DNA of 64,000 nt from assembly GCA_964016885.1 (NCBI GenBank), contig OZ024740.1:181970001-182034000 (forward strand), in the 5' to 3' direction. Each line of letters opens with the position of its first letter. The stretch's first letter is position 1. The notes below the pieces were generated by a model. It did not search any database. It saw only the letters and a program-made list of their open reading frames with translations, and was not told the origin of the DNA. This DNA is from Eledone cirrhosa. Lineage: Eukaryota. The position numbers and the translations under genes were made by a program. Positions 37,560-53,585 of this stretch are shown in pieces.

Positions 37560-40500
37560 ACAGCGTGATAGTGCCACACTAAAATCACCGGGGGTGATGA
37601 AATCACCGGTGGTTATGTAACCATACATTCACCAATCCTAGATAACAGTGTTTCAATGTCGAACCTAAACAGTTCGAATAAAGGTGAAGTGGAGACTGGA
37701 ATGTCATGTGACAGACTCTCACCCAGCAGGTGCTCCCTGTCTCAGCAGCAGGGACCTGGCTGTCAACCAAATACTGCTGGTGTCGGAAGAAGAAGAAGAA
37801 GAAGAAGAAGAAGAAGAAGGAAAGGGACCAGAAACAACTGGACGAAAGAATTAAATAGAACTGTTATGCAATGTTACCTGAAGAGTAACCCCAAGGAAAA
37901 AGGCTATAGAAACGGATGCATAACATCTGGAACGAGATTGGTCTATTTAAATTAGATGAACAAAAATTGGCCGGGCAGGCTCGGGTAATAAGAACTAATG
38001 CGTGGATAAGCGAGCTGGAACTGGAGGAACTGAGCAGAGAGATTAGGTTGGAAATGGAGAGTGGAATATGCCAGGAAAACGAGCCAGTGGGAAATGAAGG
38101 TGAAGAGGTTGAGGGAACGGAGGAACCATCCGAAGCAGACAATGATCTGAATGCTGAAATAAATAATACCTGGAACAGAGATATGCTGATGGGCTAGGAC
38201 TAGAGTTGGTGGATATCCTAAACTTAATGGTAGATGAAATGATTAATGATAGGGGGAAACCTATGAACCTAAGATTTGTAGACAGGAAAAAGTTAAAAGA
38301 AACAACAGCTAAGGTAAACAAAGTCATCCCATAGCTTGAGGCGAGGAGACTTCACCAGTGCAACAATATCCTCAAAGCAACAGCAAATGCTTGGCATAAA
38401 AGCGAGAGGAAACAACAAAGAAGAAAGATCAGAACCTTGGTGGAAGAAACGACTGAATGTTCAAATCAGGGAAATGAGAAATGACATTGGAAAGCTTGAG
38501 TCCCTACTGAATGGGACACTAAAATAGACTGGAAATAATGTACAAAACTAGGAGGGAAAAGCTAAATATTATCATAGAGGAACTGAAGCAATGCATTGTA
38601 GCAAAGAGTACAAAAATTAGGCGATACGAGAGCAGAGTCAGTCAGTATAGACAGAACCGCATGTTTGACAACAACCAGAAGATGTTGTTTGGACAGCTTG
38701 AAGGGAAAGAAAGAGGCAACTACTTAATCCCTGAGGCGGAACAAACTAAGACATTCTGGAGAGGAATATGGGAGCAGGATGTTAAACATAATGACCAGGC
38801 AGTGTGGATTGAGACACTACAAAAGGAGATTAGTGAACAGGCACACCAACAAACTGATTTGAGTATCACAGTTGAAACTCTTAAGGGGCAGGCCAAAAAA
38901 CTAACCAACTGGAAATCACCAGGCCCAGATGGTGTGCAGGGGTATTGGATTAAACATTTAACATCCCTCCATCCGAAACTGAAAACCATGTTCAATGACT
39001 GCTTGATGTCAGGTGAGGTACCAGAGTGGTTGACAAAAGGTCCCACAGTTCTGGTAATGAAAGACCGAACCAAGGGTAATGATGTTACCAACTATAGACC
39101 TATCACACGTCTATGTCTGTCCATAATGTGGAAACTGTTAACAAGCATTGTGTCTGAGGAAATCTACCATCACCTCCACACAAACAACTCGTTACCGGAC
39201 GAACAGAAAGGATGCCGAAAGAAGTCACATGGTACAAAGGACCAGTTACTTATTGATAAGATGGTAATGAGAAATTGCAAGAGGAGACACACTGGTATTG
39301 CCATGGGATGGATAGACTACAAAAAGACATTTAACATGGTGCCTCATTCTTGGATCACCAAAAGCCTAGAGATCTTCAGGATGGCAGATAATATCAAACA
39401 GTTGTTGAGGAAAAGTATGAAGTCCTGGAAAACAGAGTTAACATCAGCTGGAGAATCTTGGGAGGTGTGAAGATCAAGAGTGGTATCTTCCAGGGAGATA
39501 GTCTGTCCCCTCTGTTGTTTGTCCTTGCCCTGATTCCCTGACCATTATACTGCGAAAAGTGAGAGCAGGATACAAGTTGGGAAAAGGGAGAGCTTACCAT
39601 CAATCACCTCTTCTTCATGGACGATCTTAAGCTCTTCGGGAAGAGTGAGAAGGAGTGGGATATGCTTGTTGACACTGTCCGTATTTTCAGCAATGATATA
39701 TGTATGCAATTTGGTATTAGTAAGTGTGGAGTCCTTGTGATAAAGAGGGGTACATTGAGCAGAAGTAACGGAATCCAGGTACCAACAGGTGCGATGATAA
39801 AGGAAATTGACACTGAAGAAGGATACAAGTATTTGGGTGTTCTGGAGGCTGATGACATCAAGAACGAAAAAATGAAGGAATTGATAAGACCTGAATACAT
39901 TCGGAGAGTACGGAGCGTATTAAAGTCACATCTGAACAGTAGGAATGCCATAAGTGCAGTAAATTCCCGAGCTGTGTCTATTATTAGGTACAGTGCGGGA
40001 ATTCTGAGATGGAATGTTGCTGAACAAAAACAAATGGATAGGAAGACTAGGAAGCTATTGACTATCTACAACATGTTCCACAAGAGGAGTGATGTCGATA
40101 TACTCTACTTAAGGAGATCTGAAGGTGGAAGAGGTCTTATCAGCATAGAGGACTGTGTTCAGATGGAGAAAAACAACCTACACAAAAAGGTGACCGATAG
40201 TAAGGAGCCAATGCTCAGAATTGTACTGAAGGAGAGGACAATAGACCAGGGGATGTCCAAGGAGGAAATAACAACAAGGAAAAAGAGCAGCCTTCATGAA
40301 AAACCCTTCATAGAACCTTCTTTGAGAAAACTGAATTCAGAGATCCACTGACATGGAACTGGTTGAAAAGAAGAGACCTTAAAAAGGCTACAGAAGGAAT
40401 GTTAATGGCTGCGCAAGGGCAGGCCCTCAAAACGAAGTGGATGAAACACCATATTTACAAGGAGGAGGCTAGCCCACTGGGCAGGATCTGTGGAGAGAGA

Positions 40501-41129
40501 GAGGAGACTATGGCTCACAATGTATCCGAGTGTAAACACCTAGCCCAGACTCACTATAAAGCCTGGAGACATGATGTGATGGGCAGGGTGATCCACTGGC
40601 ACCTATGCAAAGTAAACAATTTACCACATTCTGAGAAGTGGTATGAGCATAAGCCAGAGTCGGTGATAGAAAACGATCAGGTGAAGGTGCTGTGGGATTT
40701 TAGGATACAGACGGACAAGAAACTGGAACACAATAGACCTGACCTGGTGGTTTTGGACAAGGAAAAAATATCGTGGCTGATTGTGGATGTAGCCTGCCCA
40801 TTCGACACGAGAGTGCAAGAGAATGAGAGGGAGAAAATTAACTGATACCTGGACTTAAAGTGGGAGGTAAAAAGGATTTGGAACTGCCATGAGGTCAAAG
40901 TGGTCCCGATTGTCATAGGTGCACTAGGTACTATCTCAAAGAGTTTCAAAGGATGGTTAAAGAAAATTGGTCCTGCCCCGCTTTTTGGAACACTTCAAAG
41001 GGCATGCTTGCTGGGAACAGCAAGAACCCTCCGATACGTCCTGAATATCTGAGGCTGCAGGTAGTGGCTTGATATTCATTTCAACAAACTTTCCAGTTAA
41101 ATAACATCAATGACTGAGATTCAAACAAC

Positions 41130-41165
<36 letters not shown>

Positions 41166-41168
41166 TAA
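37560..41168 (+). mobile_element. R4/Dong-clade non-LTR retrotransposon, near full-length
   Basis: Single RT+RLE coding region, short 3' UTR, (ATA)n tail 41129-41168; 5' boundary approximate. Confidence 0.88.
37656..41052 (+). pseudogene. R4/Dong ORF: RT + CCHC + restriction-like endonuclease (stops/frameshifts)
   Basis: WTKELN..CY, NWKSPGPDGVQGYW, NYRPIT, EQKGC, IDYKK.F..VPH, GIFQGDSLSP, FMDDLKL, YKYLG, GGRGL, RICGEREETMAH..SEC, RHD, RPDLVVLD, IVDVACP, LLGTARTLR. Confidence 0.92.
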
Positions 41169-41338
41169 TTGTTTCTACTTTTGGCACAAGGTCAGCCATT
41201 ACCCAGTGTATGACTGGTGCTATATATTATCGATCCCGTAAGGATGAAAGGCAAAGTTAACCTCGGCGGGATGTGAACTCAGATTGTAAAGGGACGTAAC
41301 TATGCTGGAAAGCATGTCCGACCCTCTACTGATACTGC
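41163..41338 (-). mobile_element. tRNA-derived SINE (Meta-type)
   Basis: Reverse-complement copy abutting the Dong (ATA)n tail. Confidence 0.85.
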
Positions 41339-41515
41339 GTTTTTACATAATAATAATAATGTTATGTCTTCATTAGGTTTATTGAATAGCGACGCGTGTT
41401 TTGTTATTGTTCAGCTCAAGGTTCGATCTGTATTGATCTAGCCCACCCATGGAATCAAAAGCTCATTGGACCTCTGCTATGGTAATGACAGAATGAACTG
41501 GACATTACATTCCCT

Positions 41516-41554
<39 letters not shown>

Positions 41555-41556
<2 letters not shown>

Positions 41557-42480
41557 GCAAATAATAAAAATGTGAATAAGCACTCTACGTGCTATAAATG
41601 AGCTAATTTAATATGATTCATACAAAATACATTTATCACACTAAGTTAGGCTTTAATGCATAGGGCAGAATGCCTCTGCAGGCTATAAATTTAAGGTTCA
41701 GAATGTATTTGATGAACAAAAGTGCCTATCCCTTTGTCAGGCGAAGGAAAAATATCTGAATACGATTTTAGGTGAGATCCCATGTGAAAAGTGAACATAA
41801 CCAAATACTTATAATAATTAATTTTTCAAAGGGAAGCAACACTTATGAAGTTTTAATATGTGGTTTAATTTGTGGAAACATAATGATGCAATATGATGGG
41901 CTATGACATAAGTGTGAGTCTGTATATGTTTGATTGTTAGTGAATAAGCCAGATCAATTGTTAACATAGCATAAAGTGTGGAAAAAGTAAAGCCAAAAGT
42001 AAGGTGGCATGCAATGGGCAGAATTAAAGGGGTGTAGTACTATTGTCTGTGAAGACTAGATATCTAGGCTTTGGTTTTTCCAGCTTGAAAGTAAATACCT
42101 TTTGAGAAGTTAACTGCCTTTAAATATTTCATTCTCTTAGTTCAGGCATTTTTTTAATGACTTCACACCCTGTGGATTCAGGATTTCTTACTGGGGCAAT
42201 GTAAACAAATCTCTGAAAAATTAATGTATGGTCTAGACTTTTTCACTATTCTCCATTCTATTGTATGAAGGACATATTTATCGTTTAATTTTCAGACTTT
42301 TGCAAGCGTCATATTGGTCTTCATCTCAGAATGTCTAAAGAATGAGACATGTGAGTAGAATAGGTGTTTGAATCAGTCTTGCATCATACCTACATATCTT
42401 TTAGTGTACTCCGTTAAGGTAAGCGATTATTCTAGCTACACAATGAAGTTGCTAGAATCAAACCCAGAGAAGAATTGGAA
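41555..42480 (-). mobile_element. Penelope-like element 3' relic with GIY-YIG endonuclease C-terminal half
   Basis: Manual minus-strand translation ~42402-42125: KRYVG..FK..YSH..FRH..N.TLAKV*KL..HTIEWRIVKKSRPY..S.IC.HC..LN.KR.NEIF; ends at the (TA)n run at 41519-41553. Confidence 0.72.
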
Positions 42481-43299
42481 TTCTCTTGCAAGATACAGGA
42501 AGATTGCTCTCTGCAACAGAACAGTAACATTATGTCCATAGTTTATGATGCTAAAGTTGCATCTGTTAGCACCAACCAAGCAGAGAGCTTTTCTCCATAG
42601 TCCAATGTTGCTTTCAACAACACCAAATTTTCAAGAAACAGCAGTTTACAGCAAATTCTATAACTAATGTATATACAGAAGATTTTGTCTTTATAAGCTT
42701 ACCAAAAATAAATAATTTCATCATACAATATTCTCTCTCATACATATTCATCTCTCTCTCTCTCTCACACACACATACACATACACACACTCACACATGA
42801 ATTGAGGCATGGACTTAAAAAGAACCACTAATGTTAAAACTAAAACATTCTAGACAATATGTTTAAGACTGTCTAGGCATACCTAAGAATTTCATGTGAC
42901 TCAATAATCGTAAAAGTGCACCAACTGATTACTTTATTTCCTCAACAACAATCAACAGCCTGACAGTTACTAAAATCTGATTAGTTTAATAGTTTCTTCA
43001 CATATAAACATTATTAATGCAAACACCTAAAGAAGTTGTGATTCTATAAGCTATTTAGTTAAAAGAGATTACAAACCTCTCTTCTCACCTTTTTCTATGG
43101 AAGCATCTTCATAGAATCACAGCAGCATTTATTTCCAGTAACACATCCTATTCTAAACATATCTTAATCTTTTGGAGTTCAAGTCTACTATCACTTTTAC
43201 ACCAAAGATGATATATTTAAAGAGATTAAAAAATGAATAAAGTTATCTATTTAAAATTCTATAAAAGTATCTGAGTCATGAAAATCTTGATAAAATAAG

Positions 43300-43302
<3 letters not shown>

Positions 43303-43383
<81 letters not shown>

Positions 43384-43393
43384 TGTGTGTGTG
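43303..43393. repeat. (TA)n(TG)n compound microsatellite
   Basis: Direct reading. Confidence 0.96.
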
Positions 43394-44227
43394 CATGTAT
43401 GTGGTGTATTTTCTTCTTCCAGTCTCTTCTGTGCACCAACACAGTTCTCCTTGTCCTCTTCCTCTTTCAATCTTTTCTATACTTCATCTGCCTCACCTTG
43501 TACATTGTCTCTCTCTCTCTGTTGACCAATGGTTGTTGGTCACTGTATCCTGAGGCAGTTTTGCCCATCACTGTCTTTGACAGTATTTAGCTGTAATAAT
43601 GGCTGTTCTAGCGATGAGTTTTCTCATTTTTATATGAATTCAAATACACTCTCGCTTTGTCTCAATAAGAGATGACATTATATATAAATATATACTTTTT
43701 TGAAGAGACATACCATATCTCAGTGCATTGTAAAAGGAGACTAAAGGGGGTGGCATCAGGAAAGGCACACAGCTGTAAAACATTACATGAAAACCATACA
43801 ATGTCATATGACCCAGAAGACTAACATGTGTTTAGCAGGGATATTAGTTTTAAAACTGTTGCTGTATAATTACATTTATGTTTACAAACAAAAGAGAACA
43901 CTATATACATTGTGTAGATTTTATATTTATTGAAAATCATTTAGTGATTCATATTATTGTTACTTGCTGCTTTACACACATAATAATGGAGTGAATCAAC
44001 AATGAATCTCCTACACTATATGTGTTCATGTTTAAGTACTATAAAAGATGTGACCTTCCATGCATGTAGGATGAGCTAAGGAGTCTCACAGTGTAGACAC
44101 TGAGATATATCAGCTTCTAGGACTCCCTAGACAATACTTACCTTCCTCCCTTTACTTTACCACCTCTGTTTGTCTTCCATTACCTTGGCCTGCCTCCCTT
44201 CACATCACTTGATTTCCTTCATTATTA

Positions 44228-44413
44228 GGATTGGCAGTATCGGTAGAGGGTCGGACGTCATGCTTTGACGCAAAGAGTTACGGCCCTTATCATTCTGAGT
44301 TCAAATCCCGCCAAGGTTAACTTTGCCTTTCATCCTTACGGGGTCGATAAAATAAAGTACCAGTAATGTACTGGGTAATTGCTGGCCTTGTGCCAAAAGT
44401 AGAAACAATTATT
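44228..44413 (+). mobile_element. tRNA-derived SINE (Meta-type)
   Basis: Box A/B and body as the 6069 copy. Confidence 0.9.
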
Positions 44414-44931
44414 ATCTAAATAAATCACAGCCACCTTCTCATACACACTGTCCACATAAATGGGAATAACTTGGGTTCTGTCAATTCCCCACTGCCTTCT
44501 GTTTTTCCATACACTCAATTCATACTTACTAAAAGATACTATCCACACTTAATGTGGGGTTATCTGAGCCCTGTGAATAATCCCTACACTTTGTATCTCC
44601 CCTCATATCTCTTTGCCCCACATTACACCCTAGTGGTTTCTTTCAAATTTAAATTATGTTTGTGACAACATGCATATTCTTGCAGGAATAAGAAGTCTGA
44701 TAACAATTCCAAGTGGAGAAATATAGTAAATAGTGCAAGTACACTCTTTCAAGATAAGTTTCCTTGTCTAAACAAAACTTATAATAAACATAACTACTGT
44801 CAGAACTTCAGATATTTTAAAATAGCATGCTAGATTTTATGTATGACATGTAAGTCATCTGTTTGAATAAAGCATGTCATGCCTGCTTCAGTATCTACAG
44901 TATATATAATCCTGTTCAACAACACTTTTGG

Positions 44932-45215
44932 AGACACGTGGCATAGTCATAAAGGAGTTGGATATATGATTATAATATCGTGGGTTTGATTCCTGGACTG
45001 GGTTATGTGTTGTGTTCTTGAGCAAAATACTTTATTTCACATTGCTTGAGTATACTCAGCTGAAAATGTGTGACAGTAATAGTTGAGGGTTTAAGCCTGC
45101 AATGGACTGGCATCCTGTCCAGGGGGTGTTGTGCTCTCAGTTGCTTTGATGCCACAGAAACCAGGATAAGCACCAACCTGATGAGCCACCAGACTTGAGA
45201 AGACGAATGCTTTTG
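44932..45215 (+). mobile_element. CORE-type SINE
   Basis: GGTTTGATTCC box B, GTTGTGTTCTTGAGCAAAATACTTTATTTCAC core, CCTGCAATGGACTGGCATCC tail. Confidence 0.75.
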
Positions 45216-48200
45216 AAAATAGTCAACTACATCACAAAAAACCTGTGGTTGTGTGTCTTGAATTCTTTTCATAAGAAATGGCATAAACAAAGAAATCAAC
45301 TAAACAAGAAAATATAAATATTTATGTTGACTATATGAAAGTATTTCTTTTTAATGACCAATATGTGGCACTAATATCTGAGCTAAATGTATGCTGTCTT
45401 ATGTTGAAAGCTTAATTAATCACAGTTAATCAACTTTGATAAATTTAATAAATCCAATTATGTAGAAGGATAACACTTCTTTTATGAAATGAAAATGATA
45501 TTAGTTGAAGAAAAATAAGCATTGCATTTGTAAGGTTTACCAAGCTGACAGATTTGCTTTTCAGAAAGTATTTAGTCTTGTGTTTAAGTCAGTATGAAAA
45601 AAAATGAAATGAAGAAAATGTTTTAATATAATTAAATTATATATTAAATTTCTGGATTCCCTCTGCAAAGAAACACTACACTTTAATATATATATATCTA
45701 CATTTTAAAAAAAATATTATTTCAAATTTATATTCACTTATCTCTATATATCTTTTTTTTTCTTTTTGTTTCTCAACTGTAAAAAGTACTAGATACCTCC
45801 CCTCGTCTGCCATGGCTCACTAGCTCTATAGAGACGTTTAAATTGATTAAATAAATGAATAAATAAATAGTGAGTAATTCAGAAAACTGAGAAATTTCTG
45901 CAAAATATATTATTTAGATTTCTACTATTTTCCGCAGGTAAATTTAATGTATCTATAAATTACCTAAGTTCCATTGTATTTTATATAGAGAAATAAATTC
46001 TGTAGGTGGTGCCTCTGCACAGCCATAACCAAATGACCAAAACTAGGGAAAGATTTATATATATATTATTAAATTCTTAATTATTACCAAACCAGTGCTA
46101 TACTATATATATATTTCCATGTTAGCAAGGGTTGGACAGGTCTACAAATACTGAAGCAGAGGTTACTGATCTCCCAGACAAGCCAGGGATCTGTTTTCTC
46201 GATTACGTACTATCTCACATTCTACCAAGTGCAGAAGGGAGGCCGTCATGTCTTTGAAACAACTGAGGGTCCTCCCAATCTTTTGTTTGGCAAGCTTTCT
46301 ATGGCTGAATGACTTTCCTATCACCAATCACTTCACAGCATGTACTAGGTGCATTTATCATGTAAATCACCAAACTATAGGGAAGCTACCACTATGGTAA
46401 TTATCAGAAGTATCTCAATTTGTCACACTAGGTAGTAGAGACTTTTTTACATAATTTTTTAAGTTAGTGAACATTGGCAACATATTGATCTCTAATATAA
46501 GCTGGCTCCCCATTTTAACAGATTTTGTTTTTTGTCTTTTATTCCTCAAATAATAGTATATATGGCAATTACCCTACTAAATCACTTTAAATTCTTGATT
46601 ATTTGAAAATGATAAGCAATGTCTTACAATAGAAATGTGGTAGCAAAAGTTTTGCATCATCTAAGCTGGTATCATTAATAGCGAAATCGCATCTCTTATT
46701 TATTTCACGTTATAGAAACAATGCAAAGAGTTAGTAACTTCTTGTAAAATGTTAATATATACATATTAGTTCATGGAGGAGGGAGAGGTATCACATTCAT
46801 TTCAGCTTCTTCCTATCATGGTGGTCCTTTTTATGAGAAAATGAGATTCAATTTATGCAAGGTGATACATGAAATTCTTTCTTTGTGTTTCTTTTCTTTC
46901 TCTTTTCTCATCTTTCATTTTCATTTCTTTCCTCTCTTTCTCTCTTTCCATTATTTTATCATTTATATTGTGTCTATTTTCTTTCTGTCTTACTATTCTT
47001 TTACTTTTGTCATCTTTCTTTTACTTTTGTCATCTTTCTTTTACTTCCTTATCCATTTCAATTGCAATAGTATATTTTTAAAATCCTGAACTTGTCATAT
47101 GTATTTATATATTTCAAGATTATACATTCTAAAGTATGTGAATAATGGGAAGCTGCAATTTTGTTGCCATTTCCTAAAGCATTATTAAAGTTGGGTGGTG
47201 GATTTGTTGAATTATTAGAAAGCTGGACTTATGCTTGTAGTATTTGTTCTGGGTTCGAATTCTATCGAATTCACCTTTGTCATTCATTCTTCCATGGTGA
47301 ATAAAATAAGATATCTGAGAAGTGCAAGGGATGATTTCTAAACTATTCCTTCCCCAGCAAAAAAAATTCTAGCATTTATTCAATGAGACAAATTCATAAA
47401 ATGTAAAGTGAACTATATGTAAAATGAAGTGAAACAGCTTCGACTGGGAGTTGAAATTGATCTGAGAATATATCTCTTCCTACATCCTTCCTCTCTATGG
47501 CTCTCACTCTAAGTCTTTTATAGCACTTAAGTAACATGAAATTTCTTCAAATTTATTCTCTTATTGTTCATGTTAATGCATCAGAAACTTTTAAAATTTC
47601 AATACAATTTTCTTTTCAGAATTTTATACCATTCCTCAATCTTTTGAAAATAAATTATGCATTACTTCAAGGCAATATATGATTATTTTGCATTACTCAT
47701 GGCAATATATTATTATTACTACTAAGTTACGTAACCCAAGGCAAGATATTATGACTTAAAGCAATAATATTTTATTTAGGCATTATTTGATTTTCCTTTT
47801 GTTATTATTCCATATGTATTTTCTATAGATATCTAATTTGAATATTTTTGTCTTCTTTAGCTAGGGAATATATATATTTTATGTACAGGGAGATTTCAAT
47901 AATTATTTTTATACATCATCATTCTAAGCTATAAAGAAACTATTGGTTAATATTACAGATTAACATTTAAGCACACTTGCCTGACGTTTTTGAAGGAGAA
48001 ACATATTATATCTCATGGATATACTGATGTTGTTCTTTGGGTGTGAGTGCAGTATGTAAACACTACTACAGCTAAAAGGAAGGGCTCTACATGATTGATT
48101 TGATATAGATATGCTATATAGGTAATCAATGTTTGTCTAAATTCTTGGTGATCATCAAGTTAAAACTTAGCTCAGTTTTATAATTGAGTTAAGCATTGGG

Positions 48201-48295
48201 TGTTCATCACAACATTATTTTTGGCTTCATCACAATATTGTGTTTCAGTTCATCACAATATTGTGTTTCAGTTCATCACAATATTAAACTCTGAC

Positions 48296-48750
48296 AGTTA
48301 GTGGTATTCATCTTTTCCTTTGAAGAGACTGGAGCAACATAATATGAAATGCCTTGCTCAAAAAGACAAAATGCTACACAGTCCAAGAATGAAACCCACC
48401 ATTTTATGATTGTGAACCTAACATCTTAGTCTCTAGGCCACACAACTTCATATGAAGTCTAAAATCTCAGATCTGTCTCGAGCCCTGAGGCTTATCAAGC
48501 TGATGCTCATCCCAGTTTCTGTGGTGTGAAGCAACTGAGAGTACAAAACTCCCCCATGGACAGGAAACCAGTTCATTGCAGGGTTAAACCTCCAGCTATC
48601 GCTGGTGCCTATTTTCAGCTGAGTATACTGTAGCAACGGGAAATGAAGTGTTTCACTCAAAAACACATTACACAACCCAGTCTAGGAATTGGACCCATGA
48701 CATTATGATTGTAAGTCCAAAAAGCTTACATCGAAGCCACACACCTCCAC
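48296..48750 (-). mobile_element. Two adjacent CORE-type SINE copies
   Basis: Reverse-complement core (GGAGCAAC..GAAAT...CTTGCTCAA) at ~48330 and ~48630. Confidence 0.7.
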
Positions 48751-50183
48751 TTTATTTGAAGTGATATTTCTTTTAATTAACATACATAGATCACGAGAAA
48801 CATGGTTGGATAACATCCATGAGATCAGCTAGTCTCGCTTGAGGAGATTGTTGATTGTGATAGGACCCACGTTTGAGGAATCTGCCCCACTCTCAGGAAT
48901 AAGTGGGTGAAGAATAAAAGTGAAACACTAAGCTTCTTAAAACACAAGCACAGAAATTGCAGTAGAATTGTTTCAAAATCACGTCATAGAGACAAAACAG
49001 TTCTTTTTAATTTATATTATTCTGTCTCTTGTAGTTTTAAGTTCAATACTCACCTGGAACAGTTTTGCCTTTCATGCTTCTGGGGAAGATATAATCAACT
49101 ATTCACTTAATTAAAGGCCTTGTATCAAAAGGGTTAAGGTAAATGTTCCATTTTTACTTCTTTTATATTCAATGAGTAAATCTGTATTAGCCATTAGAAT
49201 TCCATTTCCCTGATAACACTTGTTTATCTAATTCTTTTAATTTTATGATTTTGTCATGTATTATTTTTTCTGATGTTGCCACCAAATTTATCACTGTTTT
49301 TTATAGACGATATTTTCTGTTTTTCTAACTTTCTAGCTTGGGCGAATGACAAATTGCAACGCATTTTATTTCTGACAAACTTACAAAAGCATTAGAACAC
49401 CAAGTGAAATGTTGTGTGATGTTTATTCTAGCTTCTTGTATTCATCATTATCATCATCAACATTGTTTAACATCTATTTTCCATACTTGTATGGATTAGA
49501 AAAGTTCTCACATACTGCGTTCAAACTGGTCAGGTTGCTATACCTTGTTCATATTTTCCATTTTTGACTTGGTTTCTACATTTATATGCTTTCCCTTATG
49601 CCGACCACTTTACAGCATGTACTAGAAGCATTTTATCATTACTCTAGCTATACAAAAAAACTTTCTTGACTAGAACTTACCTAAATTATCTTTATTTCTT
49701 ACCTCTACACCAACATGAATGTTCAAATTCCTTGAATTTCTTAAAATAGGTGAATGTTGCAAGTGAAGGGAGGCTGTGCTTGAAAGGAACCTTTCAACTC
49801 ACTCAAGCCTGGAAAAGCAGGCCTAAAATGATGACAACTAGGTTTTTTTCAAAAAGTAATCAAAGAATGAGGGAAGGATCACCTGACCATGGCAGACTAA
49901 TGAGACATTGTAGTCAATGCATGAGAATATACAGGGAAAATACTTAGTACCAAATACATGCAATGGCCTGAACTCTACAAAAGGCACCAAGGGATAAGAA
50001 ATGTATTGTTTCAGTAGGTGCATTTTCTTCACATGTATCATGATTTGTCTTTTTGTTCCATGGGATTAAAATGTCATATTTTGTATATATATATATATAT
50101 TTGTCAAAATAAAAATATGAAATCCTTAACACTTATATTGTAAATTGATTTTATTATATTATAATATATTATAAAATATGACA

Positions 50184-50215
<32 letters not shown>

Positions 50216-50567
50216 GATAACAAAATAAACATGTGTTATAAAGAAAAATTAAACAATACTTCAAATGATTTTAATTATAGGAATAATGCTCCAATATGAC
50301 ACAAAGTAGAAGTCAAAAGTGAATACTTTATTGAATAAGCAATATCTATGTTCTGGCTTTTTAAAAGAAAATACAAAAATGATTGTTGATATTGCAAAAC
50401 ATCATTTTATATGTGAAAATAAATTTTAAAAGCTTTTTGTTCTTTCTTTAATCCAATGTTCATACTTATAAAATTTATAATACAAATGATCGAATCTTAA
50501 AAAAATAATAATCTATCTATCTAACAATCTATTTATACTCACACGTACACATATACAATCATTTATG

Positions 50568-50601
<34 letters not shown>

Positions 50602-51419
50602 CATGCTTTTTTTAAAATAAATAAATTGAATCATCTTCTTACAATATGCTACTATTAATATAAAAATGTATTTATCAAACTTGTGAAACGATATATTAAA
50701 TTTCAACTTATATTATTTTTAAAAATTCATTCAAATTGTAAGGTTTAAATTGAGCAAATCCCACATATGTTACTGCAGAAAGAACATTCTAAGAGGATAT
50801 GCTAAATTCTCTCTTTTTATTATTATTTTTTTTAATTTAACCATGAACATAGAAAAATGTTGAAATAATTCAACAATAATCTGAATATTTTTCATAAATG
50901 TGTTCCAAAATTATTAATATTCTAAATTAATTTTCAAAAAAATGTTTGTTAGAAAAGATAGAAAGCTGGCATTTAATAAATTTCTACTTAAAGGAAAATA
51001 ACTGCTGAAATTTGAAATATTTATAGTTCTCTTCAATTTCAAGTTTGTTTTGTATAATTACTTGATATTTGTTTCAGTTATTTGAAAAAAAAACAGAGTG
51101 TGTGCGTGTGCATATGTGTGTAGGAGTGCAATATTCCTCAGCTATTTTATTTTATCACATGAAGGTGTGATAAATAGAATCAATATCTTGACATTTACTA
51201 TGAGATATCCCTCATTTCCAAATGACATACATTTATGCCTACATATATACACACATACATACATATACATACATATTTATATATATATATATATATATAA
51301 TATAAACACACACAACAAAATGACATTCAGTTATCTTTAGGAGGTTTATAGAGGTATTTATCTCAATCCTTGAAATTAAGAACAGTTACAGCAGAAATTG
51401 TAACTTCTCCAAATCAGCA

Positions 51420-52879
<1,460 letters not shown>

Positions 52880-53585
52880 GTCTAGCTTATATAACAAGCA
52901 ATGATGAGGTTTATTTTGTATCACACTGATTATACAATAGAAATTGCAGTTATTCTGCTAAACAGGACTTGAGATATCTGTATCCTAATATTTGTGTGAA
53001 TTTTACCTCAAAACACATAACGGGGGGGGGGGGTATATTTCTTCCCCATAACAATTATACACAGGATAATCCATCAACTAGCAAAAGTTGATCTGTTATC
53101 TGTGTAAAACCAGCATCAATTTTGACATAGTATTGACTGTAATTTTTGAGTATATGGTATATGTATTAGTTATGTATATTTATTGACTTGAGTGGAATTG
53201 ATAACAATTAATCGTTATAATTTTCGGATGTAATCTAATGTCCATTTAAAATTAGTATAACCATCAATTACATAAAGTTATAATGTCAAATTAAACATTC
53301 ATATTACTTTTAATATTCAATTTAGAAGTTTCCTTGTATTTGATGAGTCTGAGTTACATGCACCATTCAGGGTAGGTTTCTTAATATTTATAATGTTTCC
53401 AAAAGTATTATTGTCAATAGTTTGCTTTCATCCTAATGCTTACGGCATCAAAATATAGATCATTTATCAAATATTGGTCTGTTTGTTTTTAATGTTACTA
53501 GAGTTAGATTTTCACTATCTGAAAGAAATAAGAAGGGGTATTTTATACAGATAACTGATTATTTTTATAAGTGATGTGATGTAAA

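Noticed and set aside
20605-45945. AG|GT recursive-splice-like sites on the + strand (~20617, ~21386, ~45938)
   Set aside because: A few such motifs are expected by chance in 64 kb of AT-rich DNA, one lies in a repeat, and no host gene or strand is established
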